Below are positions 14,069 through 26,383 of a stretch of DNA of 64,000 nucleotides, one piece after another. The DNA is from Octopus vulgaris. Lineage: Eukaryota. A program made the position numbers and the translations under genes. The DNA lies in NCBI GenBank assembly GCA_951406725.2, contig OX597826.1, positions 62,930,001 through 62,994,000 on the forward strand, given 5' to 3'. Each line of letters begins with the position of its first letter. Position 1 is the first letter of the stretch. The notes under the pieces are model-generated. The model did not search any database, was not told the DNA's origin, and saw only the letters and a program-made list of their open reading frames with translations.

Positions 14069-14222
14069 TATATACATATATATACTTTATACATATATAT
14101 GTTTGTAAACTACATAAACATGCGTATGATATACATATATCATACGTATATATATGTGCGAATGTGTGTGTCCATATATATACACACAGACACACACACA
14201 CACACATAGAGAGACATACATG

Positions 14223-14284
<62 letters not shown>

Positions 14285-14318
14285 GTATATAGATATATAT
14301 GTGCGAATATGTGTGTGT

Positions 14319-14396
<78 letters not shown>

Positions 14397-14420
14397 AGAG
14401 ACATGCATACATACGTATAT

Positions 14421-14580
14421 GTTTCTACGGCAAACTAGAAAGAACAGAACACATGCCACATTCAATATTAGTTGGAGATTTATTTTACCATTTCCTATAT
14501 GATTTCTTTGCTAGAACCTCTTCGAAGAAAAAATAAATCAAGCGATCTGGAATTTATTGCTTCCAGAAGAAAATTCATTG
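14421..14580 (+). repeat. Uncharacterised ~170-bp interspersed repeat, copy 3
   Basis: TTTCTAC..CAAACT.GAAAGAACA.AAC...GCCAC.TTCAAT is shared with the reverse complement of 3646-3826. Confidence 0.65.
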
Positions 14581-14896
14581 GAAAAGACATGGAGCCAAAA
14601 TACACTTAAAGTTAAGTCAATTCAAATTTTTATCCTCGGATTCTTGAAATTTTTTTCACATGTTTACAATGGCATGTCTATTTTTTTGTGCATTTTGTTA
14701 TACACATATTACACTGCTTACATGATATACCCTTTTTTATGTGAGTGTACATATATATATATATACATACGTACTTACAGTCAAGCGTACATGTAGCTCT
14801 ACATACATCGATATTTAAGCATTCGCACACATACTTACGTACACAAACACAAATACATACAAATCTCTATAAATATAAACGCATGTTCTTACATAT

Positions 14897-14939
<43 letters not shown>

Positions 14940-15325
14940 CGTGCGTGTGTGTGTGATATCGTTACGTGTACAATGAACAGTGAGAACTTTTGTTAGAATC
15001 ATTAGTCCGTGGTTCTTCTGGCTGACAAGACAAAACAATTTCGAGACATCGAATTGCCCACAGTTCTTTGTGCTAATGAATCGATCGTGTTATGAAAATA
15101 ATTTGTTGTAAAGCAAATATTCTTCGGTGATGGAACTCAACAGTGATCACCATATACGCACGCGTTTGTTTCTGGCCTGCAACTATCTTGCTTCAAGTTC
15201 GATGAATTTCAACTTGTCAAGTGATTTCTAATATCGACTGAGTTTGAAATATATATATTTGAGTGTAATTTTATGATAGGAACAGCAGAAAAATTATTTG
15301 TATATACACAACGTATGCATCAGGG

Positions 15326-15378
<53 letters not shown>

Positions 15379-15395
15379 ATTATTATTATTATTAT

Positions 15396-15760
15396 CTTCT
15401 TCTTCTTTCAAATTTGCTTCCATTTCTTGCCGAGTGTATTCCCGACTCCTAGGGCAAAGAAACTCATAGTATATATTGGTAGGCCATTAAACTAAGCTCA
15501 ATAGTTCGTTCATTTTTTTTTTTTAAGTTAAAAAACTACTACTACATGGGTAGTAATAGTTCTCACATCGACAATGCTCTTCTCAATACGTGTGATGTAC
15601 CAGTTAAGACAATCTTTTGCACTTCTTGCAGGGATGGTAAGCCAGGGATCATTCTCATATAATTTTCGGTTTCCTTCTTGATCATTCCTAGTGCTCCTAC
15701 GATCAATGGTATTGTAACCGCCTTGAGATGCCACATTTTCTTGAGATGCCACATTTTCTA
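15396..15760 (-). mobile_element. REL-type LINE 3' fragment, same subfamily as 2373-2714
   Basis: ORF 15563-15754 MWHLKAVTIPLIVGALGMIKKETENYMRMIPGLPSLQEVQKIVLTGTSHVLRRALSM. Flanked by (TTA)n and (TTA/TCA)n. Short tandem duplication at the truncation point. Confidence 0.85.
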
Positions 15761-15771
15761 TTTTATTATTA

Positions 15772-15814
<43 letters not shown>

Positions 15815-15827
15815 CATTATCATCATT

Positions 15828-15925
<98 letters not shown>

Positions 15926-15928
15926 TAT

Positions 15929-15959
<31 letters not shown>

Positions 15960-15995
15960 AGCATCATTATTATTATTGTTATTATTATCATTATG
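15761..15995. repeat. Compound (TTA)n(TCA)n(GCA)n microsatellite
   Basis: Directly visible. Confidence 0.95.
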
Positions 15996-16109
15996 CCATT
16001 GCAATCGTGAGGTATGTAGAACATTAATTATAAAATATAACAGCATAAATATCTACATAAATACGTATACATATAAACACATACGCGTGCGCGTGCGTTA
16101 ACGATTATC

Positions 16110-16692
16110 TGTTTCAATCACAGGACTACAGCTATGCTGCAGCAATTCCTCGAATTGTTTTAGTCGAATAAATCAACCCCCACCACCGTACTTGCGTTTC
16201 TTCTACGTTTTGGTTTTTATTTTATAGGACTTTTTTGCTGCACCGCTGTGCTACGGGAATGGAAGCCAACGAACCTTAGCTGTTAAGTTGTGGTGGTGAG
16301 AAACATGGACACAAAGACACACAGATACAAACACACACACACATACATATATATAACGTCGTGTTGAATCGTTAGCCCCTACACGCAATTTTTTCTCTCT
16401 CCTTGTTTCTCTCCTTATTTCTTTTCTGTGTATCTTTCTGTCGAAGAGCGTAGGCTCGAAACGTAAAAGACTTGTTTTATTTCTATTTCTGAGCGCCATA
16501 CTAATACATCATTTGTTTGTACTCCACCTGCCTTCGCCTTTTGTTTATTTTCATAAACCTTCCCGTTATATATATATATATATATATATATACGATGAGC
16601 TTCCTCACGTTTTCCGTCTACGAATATCACTCACAACGCATTGGTCAATACGGGGCTATCGTAGAAAACATTTGGCCACGATGCCACGCAGC
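16110..16692 (-). mobile_element. Old SINE family C copy interrupted in its internal TA tract
   Basis: Both halves align to the family C copy at 29826-30245. A foreign 210-bp segment occupies 16357-16567. Confidence 0.7.
16357..16567 (+). mobile_element. Penelope-like terminal-repeat fragment with a hammerhead-like motif, inserted in (TA)n
   Basis: tcGAAGA-GCGTAGGCTC-GAAA-CG-TA at 16441-16465, with palindromic ACGT stem III and TCTTT/AAAGA as a possible stem I. TA repeats on both sides. Confidence 0.55.
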
Positions 16693-17299
16693 TTTATTTT
16701 ATATTCTCAAATTTTTATAAAGAGAAATGAACAAACGCGGACAGATATTATGCAAAAGGAGAGAAAAATCTGAGACATCGAGAAATAGAGAGTGGCACAT
16801 TATGAGAGACTCACATGAAGAACGTGAGAGAATGAGAGAATTAGAGACATAGATGGAAGGCAGTAGAAATGGTTATGATAATATTTATAGAGTTATAGAG
16901 CGAGAGAGAGGGGGAGAAAGAGAGAGGGGATGACGGTGATTAATGGAACTATTGTCCATGTGGAGTCATTAATCCATTCTCGAACTTCGTACAAGATTTT
17001 AAAAATGCACTAATAATATCGATTTGCCCTTCTTTAGGGAACTCAAATTGGCAATGATAGACGACATACAGATTTTTTCTACCGGCATGACTGCGTGATT
17101 AAGAAGCTCGCCATTCAACCAAGTTGTTTCGGATTCAGTTCCACGACAAGGCAAATTTCTTCTATTCTAACCCCGAATCGAACAATGCCTTCAGAATATA
17201 TTTTTTGAAACAATCTCATGTGGAAGCCCCATTCTTTGTAAGATATTTCTCAAAACATTGATCACTGTTTTAGTAGACCCATCCTTAACTTGATGACTT

Positions 17300-18930
17300 T
17301 TGAGCAACTAACAAATGCATCAACATGTATATCAACCAAAATACATCATGAACAGAACCGTTATCCAAATGTACTTGTGGTTATGGCCTACTTCAGTTGT
17401 ACGGTAACTTTTGGAAAGGATTTAACTTGGCAGCATTTACGGCAGTCTTATACATAATTTTCAACATCAGTACAATATCCTAACCAGCATGGTGTCTTAA
17501 TTGCTATAGTTCCACAACGTACGTCATTCTATACAGCTTTTATGAATATATATCGCGACACCACGCGAACAACAACGGCGCCCTGTTGCAAACAAGTTCA
17601 CTATCAACAATGAATCTTTGTCTCATCGCTTTATAGGGTCCCTCACTTAATGTCCAATTATTCTATCTATTTGTTTTGATTCAGTTAATAATCTTAGATA
17701 AAATCGCATCATTCTTCATCCTTGCTTGTAATTCAGTACATCTGTCCCCACTGTGAATAAATGGTGTCACCATAGTCCTTTCATCTGCATCACATTGATC
17801 TTCATTCTATTTAGATGAAGTATCAACATAGGGAATTTGGATTGCAATATACAAATAATATCTAAGTCAAAGTCAGTTAATTGGATTGCTCAACGTAATA
17901 ATCGAATACATGTTACTTTAAGCATTTTAGTATTTAACATGAACTTGAAAAGTTTAGGGATAATTCTCAAGGAAAATGTTAATCTTAATAAAGTGTCGAA
18001 CTTGTTGCGTAGTCTATACAATTGCCACTTCAACATTAAAAAATTACTTGCAGTTTCAGACAGAACTTGTTATAAATATAAGACCGGATGCCGCTCCTGA
18101 GACAGCACACTAGATATTGAGTGCTGACCAGCATCTGCAGGTGACTACGACCTCTTTTGGTGTATCAAATATCTGTATAACGAGCGATTCTGCTAAATCT
18201 TTCTTTAATGTTTCAATTATATCATTGTGTTCCGTTTGCCATTGAAATAACCCGGACTCCTTTCTTCCTAGGTTTGAAAATCCCCTGACTTTTTCAGAAT
18301 ATGCTTAAATAATTAAAATGTAAAATGTTGTCATTCCCCAAAATGTTTCTTACTCTCCAAGATTTTTATGTATAATATCTACTTTACTGACGGGTCGTCT
18401 GGTTGACTATACATTTTTGCAAATCTTACAAATTATGAAAGTCAATTCTTCTACTCAAAACACACTCTTCATTTCATTTCCGGCCATAGAAGTCAGATGT
18501 TTGTAAAATCGCTTTTACATTTTTCTCCAAGTCATAAACGGTGCGACCACCGATGCAAGTGCCATATTGATATATATTATTATACCAATCACAAATCCTA
18601 GTACATTTTCAACGCTAAGTTGAGATGTCCTGCTTATTTTTATATCGCATGGTAGATATATCCAAAGCGATAATACAAGAGCAGTATTCACCGTTATTTC
18701 ATGAGCGTCATCAGAAATTTAGAATTGAAGGTATGCTAGTTTCCAAATAAATCAATGTTCGTAAAATATTTTGTACCTTCAAGACTTATTATTTGATGTT
18801 AGCTAAGAGTCAAAACGTATGTCAGGATTACTTCATTTTCATTGTCAGCACGAAGACGTACATAGTTATACGAACTACAACCAAATTCAACTCTTTTGAT
18901 ATAATTGCTATGTCCCATTTCCTTTAATTT
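17300..18930 (-). mobile_element. Fossil Ty3/Gypsy LTR retrotransposon pol (RT, RNase H, integrase zinc finger)
   Basis: Minus-strand fragments in the correct order: LEGTKYFTNIDL / DDAHEITVNT / LPCDIKIS...VENVLG (RT); FQWQTEHNDIIETLKKDLAESLVIQIFDTPKEVVVTC / DAGQHSISSVLSQERHPVLY (RNase H); WLGYCTDVENYV*DCRKC (integrase H2C2). Many stops and frameshifts. No LTRs seen. Confidence 0.82.
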
Positions 18931-18944
18931 CGCTACAAGAAATC

Positions 18945-19050
18945 AATCTTATATGTAAATGGCAATTTCTGTCTGTTTGTTACCATCATGGTGTCTAAAC
19001 CAGTGGACCAATATTCACGAAACTTTGCCGACATGTTACACTAACATCCA
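18945..19050 (+). mobile_element. Possible non-autonomous Helitron-like 5' end
   Basis: A/TCTTATATGTAAA...CTGTCTGTTTGT...AAACCAGTGGACCAATATTCACGAAACTTTG resembles the 5' portion of invertebrate non-autonomous Helitrons. No 3' CTAG end identified. Confidence 0.3.
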
Positions 19051-19521
19051 CTTCAATAATAGGCTAATTGTATTTCAATAAAAATGTATAATGTGCCCCT
19101 CAGGAAAGTTGGGTGAATTATATGATAAAATGAGAAGGGTTCAAAAAGTATTAGTTGGAGGGAAACGCAGTAGCAGAGTATCACGGAAGGCAAGAACAGC
19201 GTTACGTAAGCGACAAATATTGCCTTCAATAGGATGGTAACATTAATACAGCAGTCATATACACGCGACGCTGCATGTATACTTTCGTAAAAACACAGAT
19301 ACAACACACACACATTCACACATACACGCTCACACACACACACACACACACACACAGAGAATGGTGGGCGTGTGGAATACGTAACTTTAAGGAAAGAGGA
19401 AATAGGTAGCTTTTCTGATGTCCATCGCAAAGAAAGACATACACACACACACACTCATACATATATATATACATACATGCGTACGTGCTTGCATACAAAT
19501 GTACATACATACATACATACA

Positions 19522-19552
<31 letters not shown>

Positions 19553-20436
19553 GTCTACTATACACCATTTTAAACTCGTGATTATCTGTATGTACGTCTG
19601 TAAGTGTGTGTCTGTGTGTTTGTGTATATGTGTGACGTCCTATCACTGTCTGTCTGTACTTTTGTAGGGTCTTCCTTGTTGGTGTTACATACTGTGAGAT
19701 TTTGAAATTACGCCAACATTTTCAAATTTGGTATATCGAAATAACTTTCCACATTTTGTTATATATTTGTTCCAGAAAAATTGCAGGAAAATGTTACTGA
19801 GGTTTAAAGTGTAATCAATTTTACCTAATCAGAAAACAGGGTTTGGAAGCTGGAATTTTCTACATGATAGCTGCGTAATAGCTGTCTATCACAAAGTGAA
19901 AGTAAAATCATTTAAAGGAGGAATTTTTATTAAGCAAACCAAAGGAAAGCATTACGATGACCAAAACTGTAAGAACATCCGACGTTTTAATGAATAAATG
20001 GTCGAACAAACAAGTAAATAGTTTAAAAAGGAAAGATATCCTCAACGATGTTGTTTTGCGAAAATTAGCACAAGCCTGTCCTGATCAAAAGGTCTATCTT
20101 TTGGAGAAGGTATGGTGGGACATGGAACAAACAAAAATTTATATATAAGACATTTTATTATACAAAATGCCTGATGCCTGCTTTCCGTCAGCAATAGACT
20201 TTTAAATTTTCCCAATTGCTCGATTATCAAGAAGATTCAATCAGCTTTGGAGCCGGTATTTCAAGTATCCATATTAGGAGAGCCACTAGGTTCAAGACGT
20301 CCCACGGGATGATGATGATAACATCGCTGCTTCTGTCTACACTGCAACATTCCATAGCATGAAGGAGGTAATTAACTGTCACTGCTACTTCCAATTCGTT
20401 CGGTGGTGGCAAAAATTTAAGCTTGCAATAAATAGG

Positions 20437-20495
<59 letters not shown>

Positions 20496-20826
20496 ATACA
20501 CATATGAGTATGTGTATGTATATATGTATGTACATATGTAAGTGAGTGGCAGGAAATCAATTGGTATGTTACTCCATTATCACTCGGTGTTTCGAGCACG
20601 TAATGTCTATGGTGTAACTAGTCAAGAAATATTTTCAGAATGTATATCATTCATCATATCTATAAATTCACACTCATATCCTACATACGCGAACTTGCCA
20701 GTAAAAGTGAAGCGAATCCCCAGCTGATGACAAATAGGTTCTTTCTCCAATATTCTTATGTATATGTGTATGTGTGTATGTGTGCGTGCGTGTATGTGCG
20801 TGCGAGTGTGTGAGTGTGTGTGTGTG

Positions 20827-20901
<75 letters not shown>

Positions 20902-21379
20902 ATTAATGTGCTTAACTTTACATTTTGCATAGTGTGTTAATGTTATTTCTACTCAATTTTCATTACTTATATATCCATTAGTTAAAGCATTACCATGACC
21001 AAGTGTATACCAATCAATCGAGAAATAATTTGCATTGATAAAAACAAACAATACACACAATTTATATGTTTGTTTGCCTTTTTTTCTTATAAATATGCAT
21101 GTGTTGATGTAGACTTCTGCTGGATTTACATAAGTTCACATAGACAGATTTTTCTGATAGTGACACTATATATGTTTTTTTTATATGAAATTTACAATGA
21201 AGTACTACATCAAGGTACACTAGTTTTTTTTTTATTTACGCAGAGACGAAAATGTTTTTCTCCGTTTATATTGATAATAAACTAGTCTAAATTTTATATC
21301 ATTCTCATCCTGTCTCTATATTTTCTTCATATCTAGTATTGGCATTATTGAAGAAAACCTATTAATATACTCCGTTCAT

Positions 21380-21575
21380 TAGGCAGCGAGCTGGTAGAAT
21401 GGGTGGCACGTCGGGCAACATGCTTTTTTCATTCCGCTCTTCTTTCTGAGTTCAAATTCTGCTAGAGTCGACTTTGCCTTTCATTCTTTTGAGATCAATA
21501 AAATTAGGACCAGTTAATTACAGGGGTCGATATAATCAACTTCCAACCTTCTCCAAAACCTGTCTTGTACCGAAA
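21380..21575 (+). mobile_element. SINE family D, degenerate
   Basis: GGCAGCGAGCTGGTAGAA...GAGTTCAAATTC...GTCGACTTTGCCTTTCAT, as in 29483-29718. Confidence 0.75.
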
Positions 21576-22100
21576 CTTGTTTCTTCATCAGATGGAAGGT
21601 TTTAAAGCTTTTCTTTACTATCAAAAAAGTAAGGAATTTTAACTTGCGAGTGTTCATGCATGAGCCAGGCATTGGATCGTACTCTTTTATACTTGATTTT
21701 AACTGAAAAAGCCTGGGATACGATTTTTATACGGAGTAAGGCTAAAAGTTTGAAGGGAACACATTCTGCACCGGGACTTAACACTAAATTATGAGTGCGG
21801 CTTACACCCGATTAAATACTTGTGTACTTCAGGTGTGTAGACGATTGTCATAAGCATTTGCCATTGAAGAAGTACTTCATTCCATACCTTCTTAAGACAT
21901 ATGTACCTATCTATATTAGTGTGTATTTGATGGACCTGTGGATATTACAACTAAGTTTCCTTAAATATGATAGCCTAGTATTTTATTAAATAAAGGAGAT
22001 TGGGTACATTTTATTGCAAGAAACAATCTGGAAAATAAATAGGAGATGGTGAAGCTTAGAGTAACATGGGTCATATATCATTGGCTGAAACAGAACTTAC

Positions 22101-22284
22101 CAGGAATATTGTGTAGATTCTCTCAAATAACTTAGTAGCTTAGAAGTGCTTGATTTTGACTTGCGAGTAACAGATAGTGCTGATGCAAAAGCTTTCCATT
22201 GAATCCTTGATTTTGCTGTACTTGAAAACGGTTCGAATATGCCTAGCTGAAATAGCTCACGCACCAAAGATTTCGCAGCAATAG
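22101..22284 (-). other. Candidate 184-nt coding exon (or pseudogene fragment); start resembles the end of the DHX9/MLE dsRBD2
   Basis: Minus strand: cttcttgtaAG acceptor, open frame IAAKSLVRELFQLGIFEPFSSTAKSRIQWKAFASALSVTRKSKSSTSKLLSYLRESTQYS, then a consensus G/GTAAGT donor. No partner exons identified. Confidence 0.35.
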
Positions 22285-22694
22285 CTTACAAGAAGTCCCT
22301 CATATAAAGCTTCCGTAATAGATTCTTAATTGTGTATATGCGATCGTTTCATAAAAACAATTCTCGTCAATGGGCTTCTTCTTAACGAATGAATTATATA
22401 ATGTTTATTAATGATTATATGAAATAGTTAATAATTCATTTGTTCTTTGTTTACGCTATATCTAAAAAAGTTTGTATTAATTCCACTACAATTCAACAAA
22501 TGATTATTTTGCTCGTTTAGTTAATTAAATTACCATTATCTAAAGAAGATTAACTCAAAGTGTAGTCCACTACTGATAAACCGGTTACAAACAATCATTC
22601 GCCGGGAAATTTTAAAAGAAAAGCATTAAGTTATTATAATTAGAACAGTTATTTGCTGAATACTTTGTTGAATACTTTGCTAAGACTCCTCGCT

Positions 22695-23077
22695 CGTGGA
22701 GGCGCAATGGCCCAGTGGTTAGGGCAGCGGTCGGAGGATCGCGGTTTTGATTCCCAGACCGGGCATTGTGAGTGTTTATTGAGCGAAAACACCTAAAGCT
22801 CCACGAGGCTCCGGCAGGGGATGGTGTGAACCCTGCTGTACTCTTTCACCACAACTTTCTCTCGCTCTTTCTTCCTGTTTCTCTTGTACCTGTATTTCAA
22901 AGGGCCAGCCTTGTCACAATCTGTGTCACGCTGAATCTCCTCGTGAACTACGTTAAGGGTACACGTGTCTGTGGAGTGCTCAGCCACTTGCACGTTAATA
23001 TCACGAGCAAGCTGTTCCGTTGATCGTATCAGCTGGGACCCTCATCGTCGCAACCGACGGAGTGCTCCTACTCCTAC
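22695..23077 (+). mobile_element. SINE family A, full length, 13-bp TSD
   Basis: TSD AAGACTCCTCGCT at 22682-22694 and 23078-23090. A and B boxes present. Confidence 0.93.
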
Positions 23078-23299
23078 AAGACTCCTCGCTGTTTTACAAC
23101 TGTTTAGCTTGTGTATAACTGCAGACACACAAGCACAGTAAAAAGAAATATATAGATTCCAATTTAGTCCCTAATTTTTAATGTAACATAGCCAAATGGA
23201 CGCTAAAACATATAGAAACAATCCTTAAAGTGCATTCAAATACACCTGAAGATTTTTTTAAATAGCATCAACACGAATGCCAACGATAGTAAAGTAAAA

Positions 23300-23723
23300 G
23301 GCGCAGGAGTGGCTGTGTGGTAAGTAGCTTGCTAACCAACCACATGGTTCTGGGTTCAGTCCCACTGCGTGGCATCTTGGGCAAGGGTCTTCTGCTATAG
23401 CCCCGGGCCAACCAATGCCTTGTGAGTGGATTTGGTAGACGGAAACTGAAAGAAGCCCGTCGTATATATGTATATATATGTATATGTATATGTGTGTGTG
23501 TGTGTGTATGTTTGTGTTTGTCCCCCTAGCATTGCTTGACAACCGATGCTGGTGTGTTTTTATGTCCCCGTCACTTAGCGGTTCGGCAAAAGAGACCGAT
23601 AGAATAAGTAATGGGCTTACAAAGAATAAGTCCTGGGGTCGATTTGCTCGACTAAAGGCGGTGCTCCAGCATGGCCGCAGTCAAATAACTGAAACAAGTA
23701 AAAGATAGAGAGAGTAAAGAGTA
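23300..23723 (+). mobile_element. tRNA-derived SINE family C (CORE-like domain, internal TA/TG microsatellite, AAGAGTA-type tail)
   Basis: A box TGGCTGTGTGG, B box GGGTTCAGTCCC, CORE-like CTTGGGCAAG. At least eight other copies in the window. Confidence 0.9.
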
Positions 23724-23954
23724 AATATACATGGATAAATAAGTGAATAGTAATTGAAAAGTGTTTCAATAACAAGAAAGACAAACGAAATCTTACTAAT
23801 ATAATTACAAATTTTAAATATATATTAAAACAAATTTGTAATCTCGAAAGACTTAATATTGCATAAGTAAATAACAAAGAATATGAAGAATTAAATCGTA
23901 ATCACAAAGTTAACGTATCAGAACTCGGGGTTAAACAACTGTAATAACAACAGT

Positions 23955-24541
23955 ATGGATGCGCAATGGCCCAGTGGTTAGGGCAGCAGACTTGCGGTCG
24001 TAAAAATGCGGTTTCGATTCCCAGACCGGGCATCGTGAGTGTTTATTGAGCAAAAGCACCTAAGCTCCACGAGACTCCGGCAGGGGATGGTGGTGAACCC
24101 CGCTGTACTCTTTCACCACAGCTTTCTCTCACTTTTTCTTCCTACTTCTTCCACAAAGCAGAGGAACCGTGGTGTAACCCACTATGGTGTGGTAAACTTT
24201 CAGACCCTAGTCTAGATCGCGAATCCTCTGTACCCCAGGATGGTTCAGCTCTCCACCCGTTAAAAGCCACCGTTTACGGAATGAGGATAACAACGTAGCT
24301 TTCGCGCCCGTGCAACCACCAGTCTATCGCGTGTGGTGGGTGGATCTTCAAGTTTCCACACGCATTATTAGTAGCTTAGAGTAGGCTCGAATTAGAGATT
24401 ATTCTTTGTGGCTAAAGGCGTGAGTCGTGATTGGAAGAAGAAGAAGAAGAAGAAGAAGAAGAAGAAGAAGAAGAAGAAGAAGAAGAAGAAGAAGAAGAAG
24501 AAGAAGAAGAAGAAGAAGAAGAAGAAGAAGAAGAAGACAAC
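23955..24541 (+). mobile_element. Chimeric SINE: family A 5' half, unrelated ~290-bp body and (AAG)n tail
   Basis: Family A sequence to about 24145, then novel sequence ending GTCGTGATTGG(AAG)n. Flanking direct repeat AACAACAGT at 23946-23954 and 24542-24550. Confidence 0.7.
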
Positions 24542-24579
24542 AACAACAGTTATGAACAAGATTAGAAAGACAGAATTAA

Positions 24580-24735
24580 TCCGACAGAAATTAGCACATC
24601 GCGCAAAATGTTTAGCAGTATTTCTTTACCTTCTGAGTTCAAATCCCGTCACCAATGTCAACTTTGTTTCTCATCCTATGAGGGTGGGTAAAATAAAATA
24701 CCAATCAAATATTGGGATCAATGTAATCAACTTGA
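24580..24735 (+). mobile_element. SINE family D, degenerate
   Basis: TTCTGAGTTCAAATCCCG...GTCAACTTTG...TCATCCT...AAAATAAAATACCA. Confidence 0.65.
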
Positions 24736-24875
24736 TCACAGTTCTCGAAAATTGTTGGTCATGAACTTTGCAGCAGACTAGAGTCCCATTCAGAGGAACG
24801 TTATGATTTCGGTCGTGTATGACAGAAATTGAGTAACCCAATTTATGAGTCCTAGAGCTCAAGAAGAATCTCTCG

Positions 24876-24937
<62 letters not shown>

Positions 24938-24960
24938 TTCTGTATACATGTATACATATA

Positions 24961-25166
24961 CGAGGAGGTGCTAAAAAGCTCATTGCTTTGAGTAAAGGAA
25001 AATATAGGAGGATTAATTAATTAATGATTTTATTCAATTTATTCCCCTCTCAGATTTTCACACTTATTGCAGCGGTCCTATGGTTTTTCTAAGCCCTGTA
25101 AAAGAACTCGGAAGAACAGGCCTTTCGTAATACCCTTAAAGCCAGGAACTTTTCAGCACCCCCTCG
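24961..25166. mobile_element. Mariner-derived MITE with ~29-bp TIRs
   Basis: Left end CGAGGAGGTGCTAAAAAGCTCATTGCTTT versus right-end reverse complement CGAGGGGGTGCTGAAAAGTTCCTGGCTTT. TA on the left. The interior minus strand holds a relic mariner C-terminus (DRCNKC.NLRGE.IE*). Confidence 0.85.
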
Positions 25167-25266
25167 TGTATGTAATTGTGCTTGTACGTGGGAGCACGCG
25201 TGCATTCGTGTATGTGTCTGTGTATGAATGAATGTATATCCATCTATCTATCTATCTATCTATCTA

Positions 25267-25332
<66 letters not shown>

Positions 25333-25511
25333 AGATAAGAAAATGGAGAAATACATCTGGTAAATCATTTTACCTTTGCCCATATAATACAGTAAATGAA
25401 TTGATTGCATCGCAATTATTAACATTTATGTATTAACTTTGTTGGGTACTAGCAGTATATTGGATATATGTTATCCCATAGAGGGTTGCATTTACAACCC
25501 CTATCTCAATT

Positions 25512-25575
<64 letters not shown>

Positions 25576-26352
25576 GGTATAATCAATCATTTAATAGCTT
25601 AATAGCTAACTATATTTTTATCATTATTTATTAAAGGAATTGTAAATAAAATTCCAGGCGAAAGATCGGAACAGAGGAGTGATGAGTGATGAATTTAGAG
25701 GAGGAATATGAATCAGCACGATTATTACATGCAACCAATTTCGATTCGAAGTATAGCGCATTTTGTAATTCGATATATTATTCTGCGGTATGTTCTTTAT
25801 AGAAATATTACTTGGAGGTTGTAGAATTGACAATAAGTAAGTGACGAGGCCTCGAGGCGATACCTTTCAGCAGTTTACCGAAAATCTAGAAAATGCACAC
25901 AAATATATAGAGAAATATTATATATTAAAATCCTTTCTACAGAAATTTTGACTCAATATTTAAACAAGGAATATATCTGGTAATTGAAATCGAAATTATT
26001 TAGAGGCGAAATCTTAAGATATCAATATTCTAAGATGGAATAAATAAATCTGGTTGTGGTAGGTTACATAACTTGAAATCGAAATTGTAATATTTTCCAT
26101 TCACTATATTTAATATGACATAACCAAGCCTAGCTTGGTGTCTAATATTTATTCGGGAAATATATTCTTCACAGAAATGCAAATAAAGACGCTCGCACAC
26201 AAATATGACTTCCATTTATAACACACACGCGGGTACATAGGTATATGCATATATACACACATGCATATAAAATGACATACATATATATCCACATACATGC
26301 AACCATACATATGTTCAGAGATACATACAGAAATATATATATACATACATAC

Positions 26353-26383
<31 letters not shown>

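Noticed and set aside
24408-24764. Poly-Lys ORF
   Set aside because: It is the (AAG)n tail of a retroposon running into a SINE D relic.
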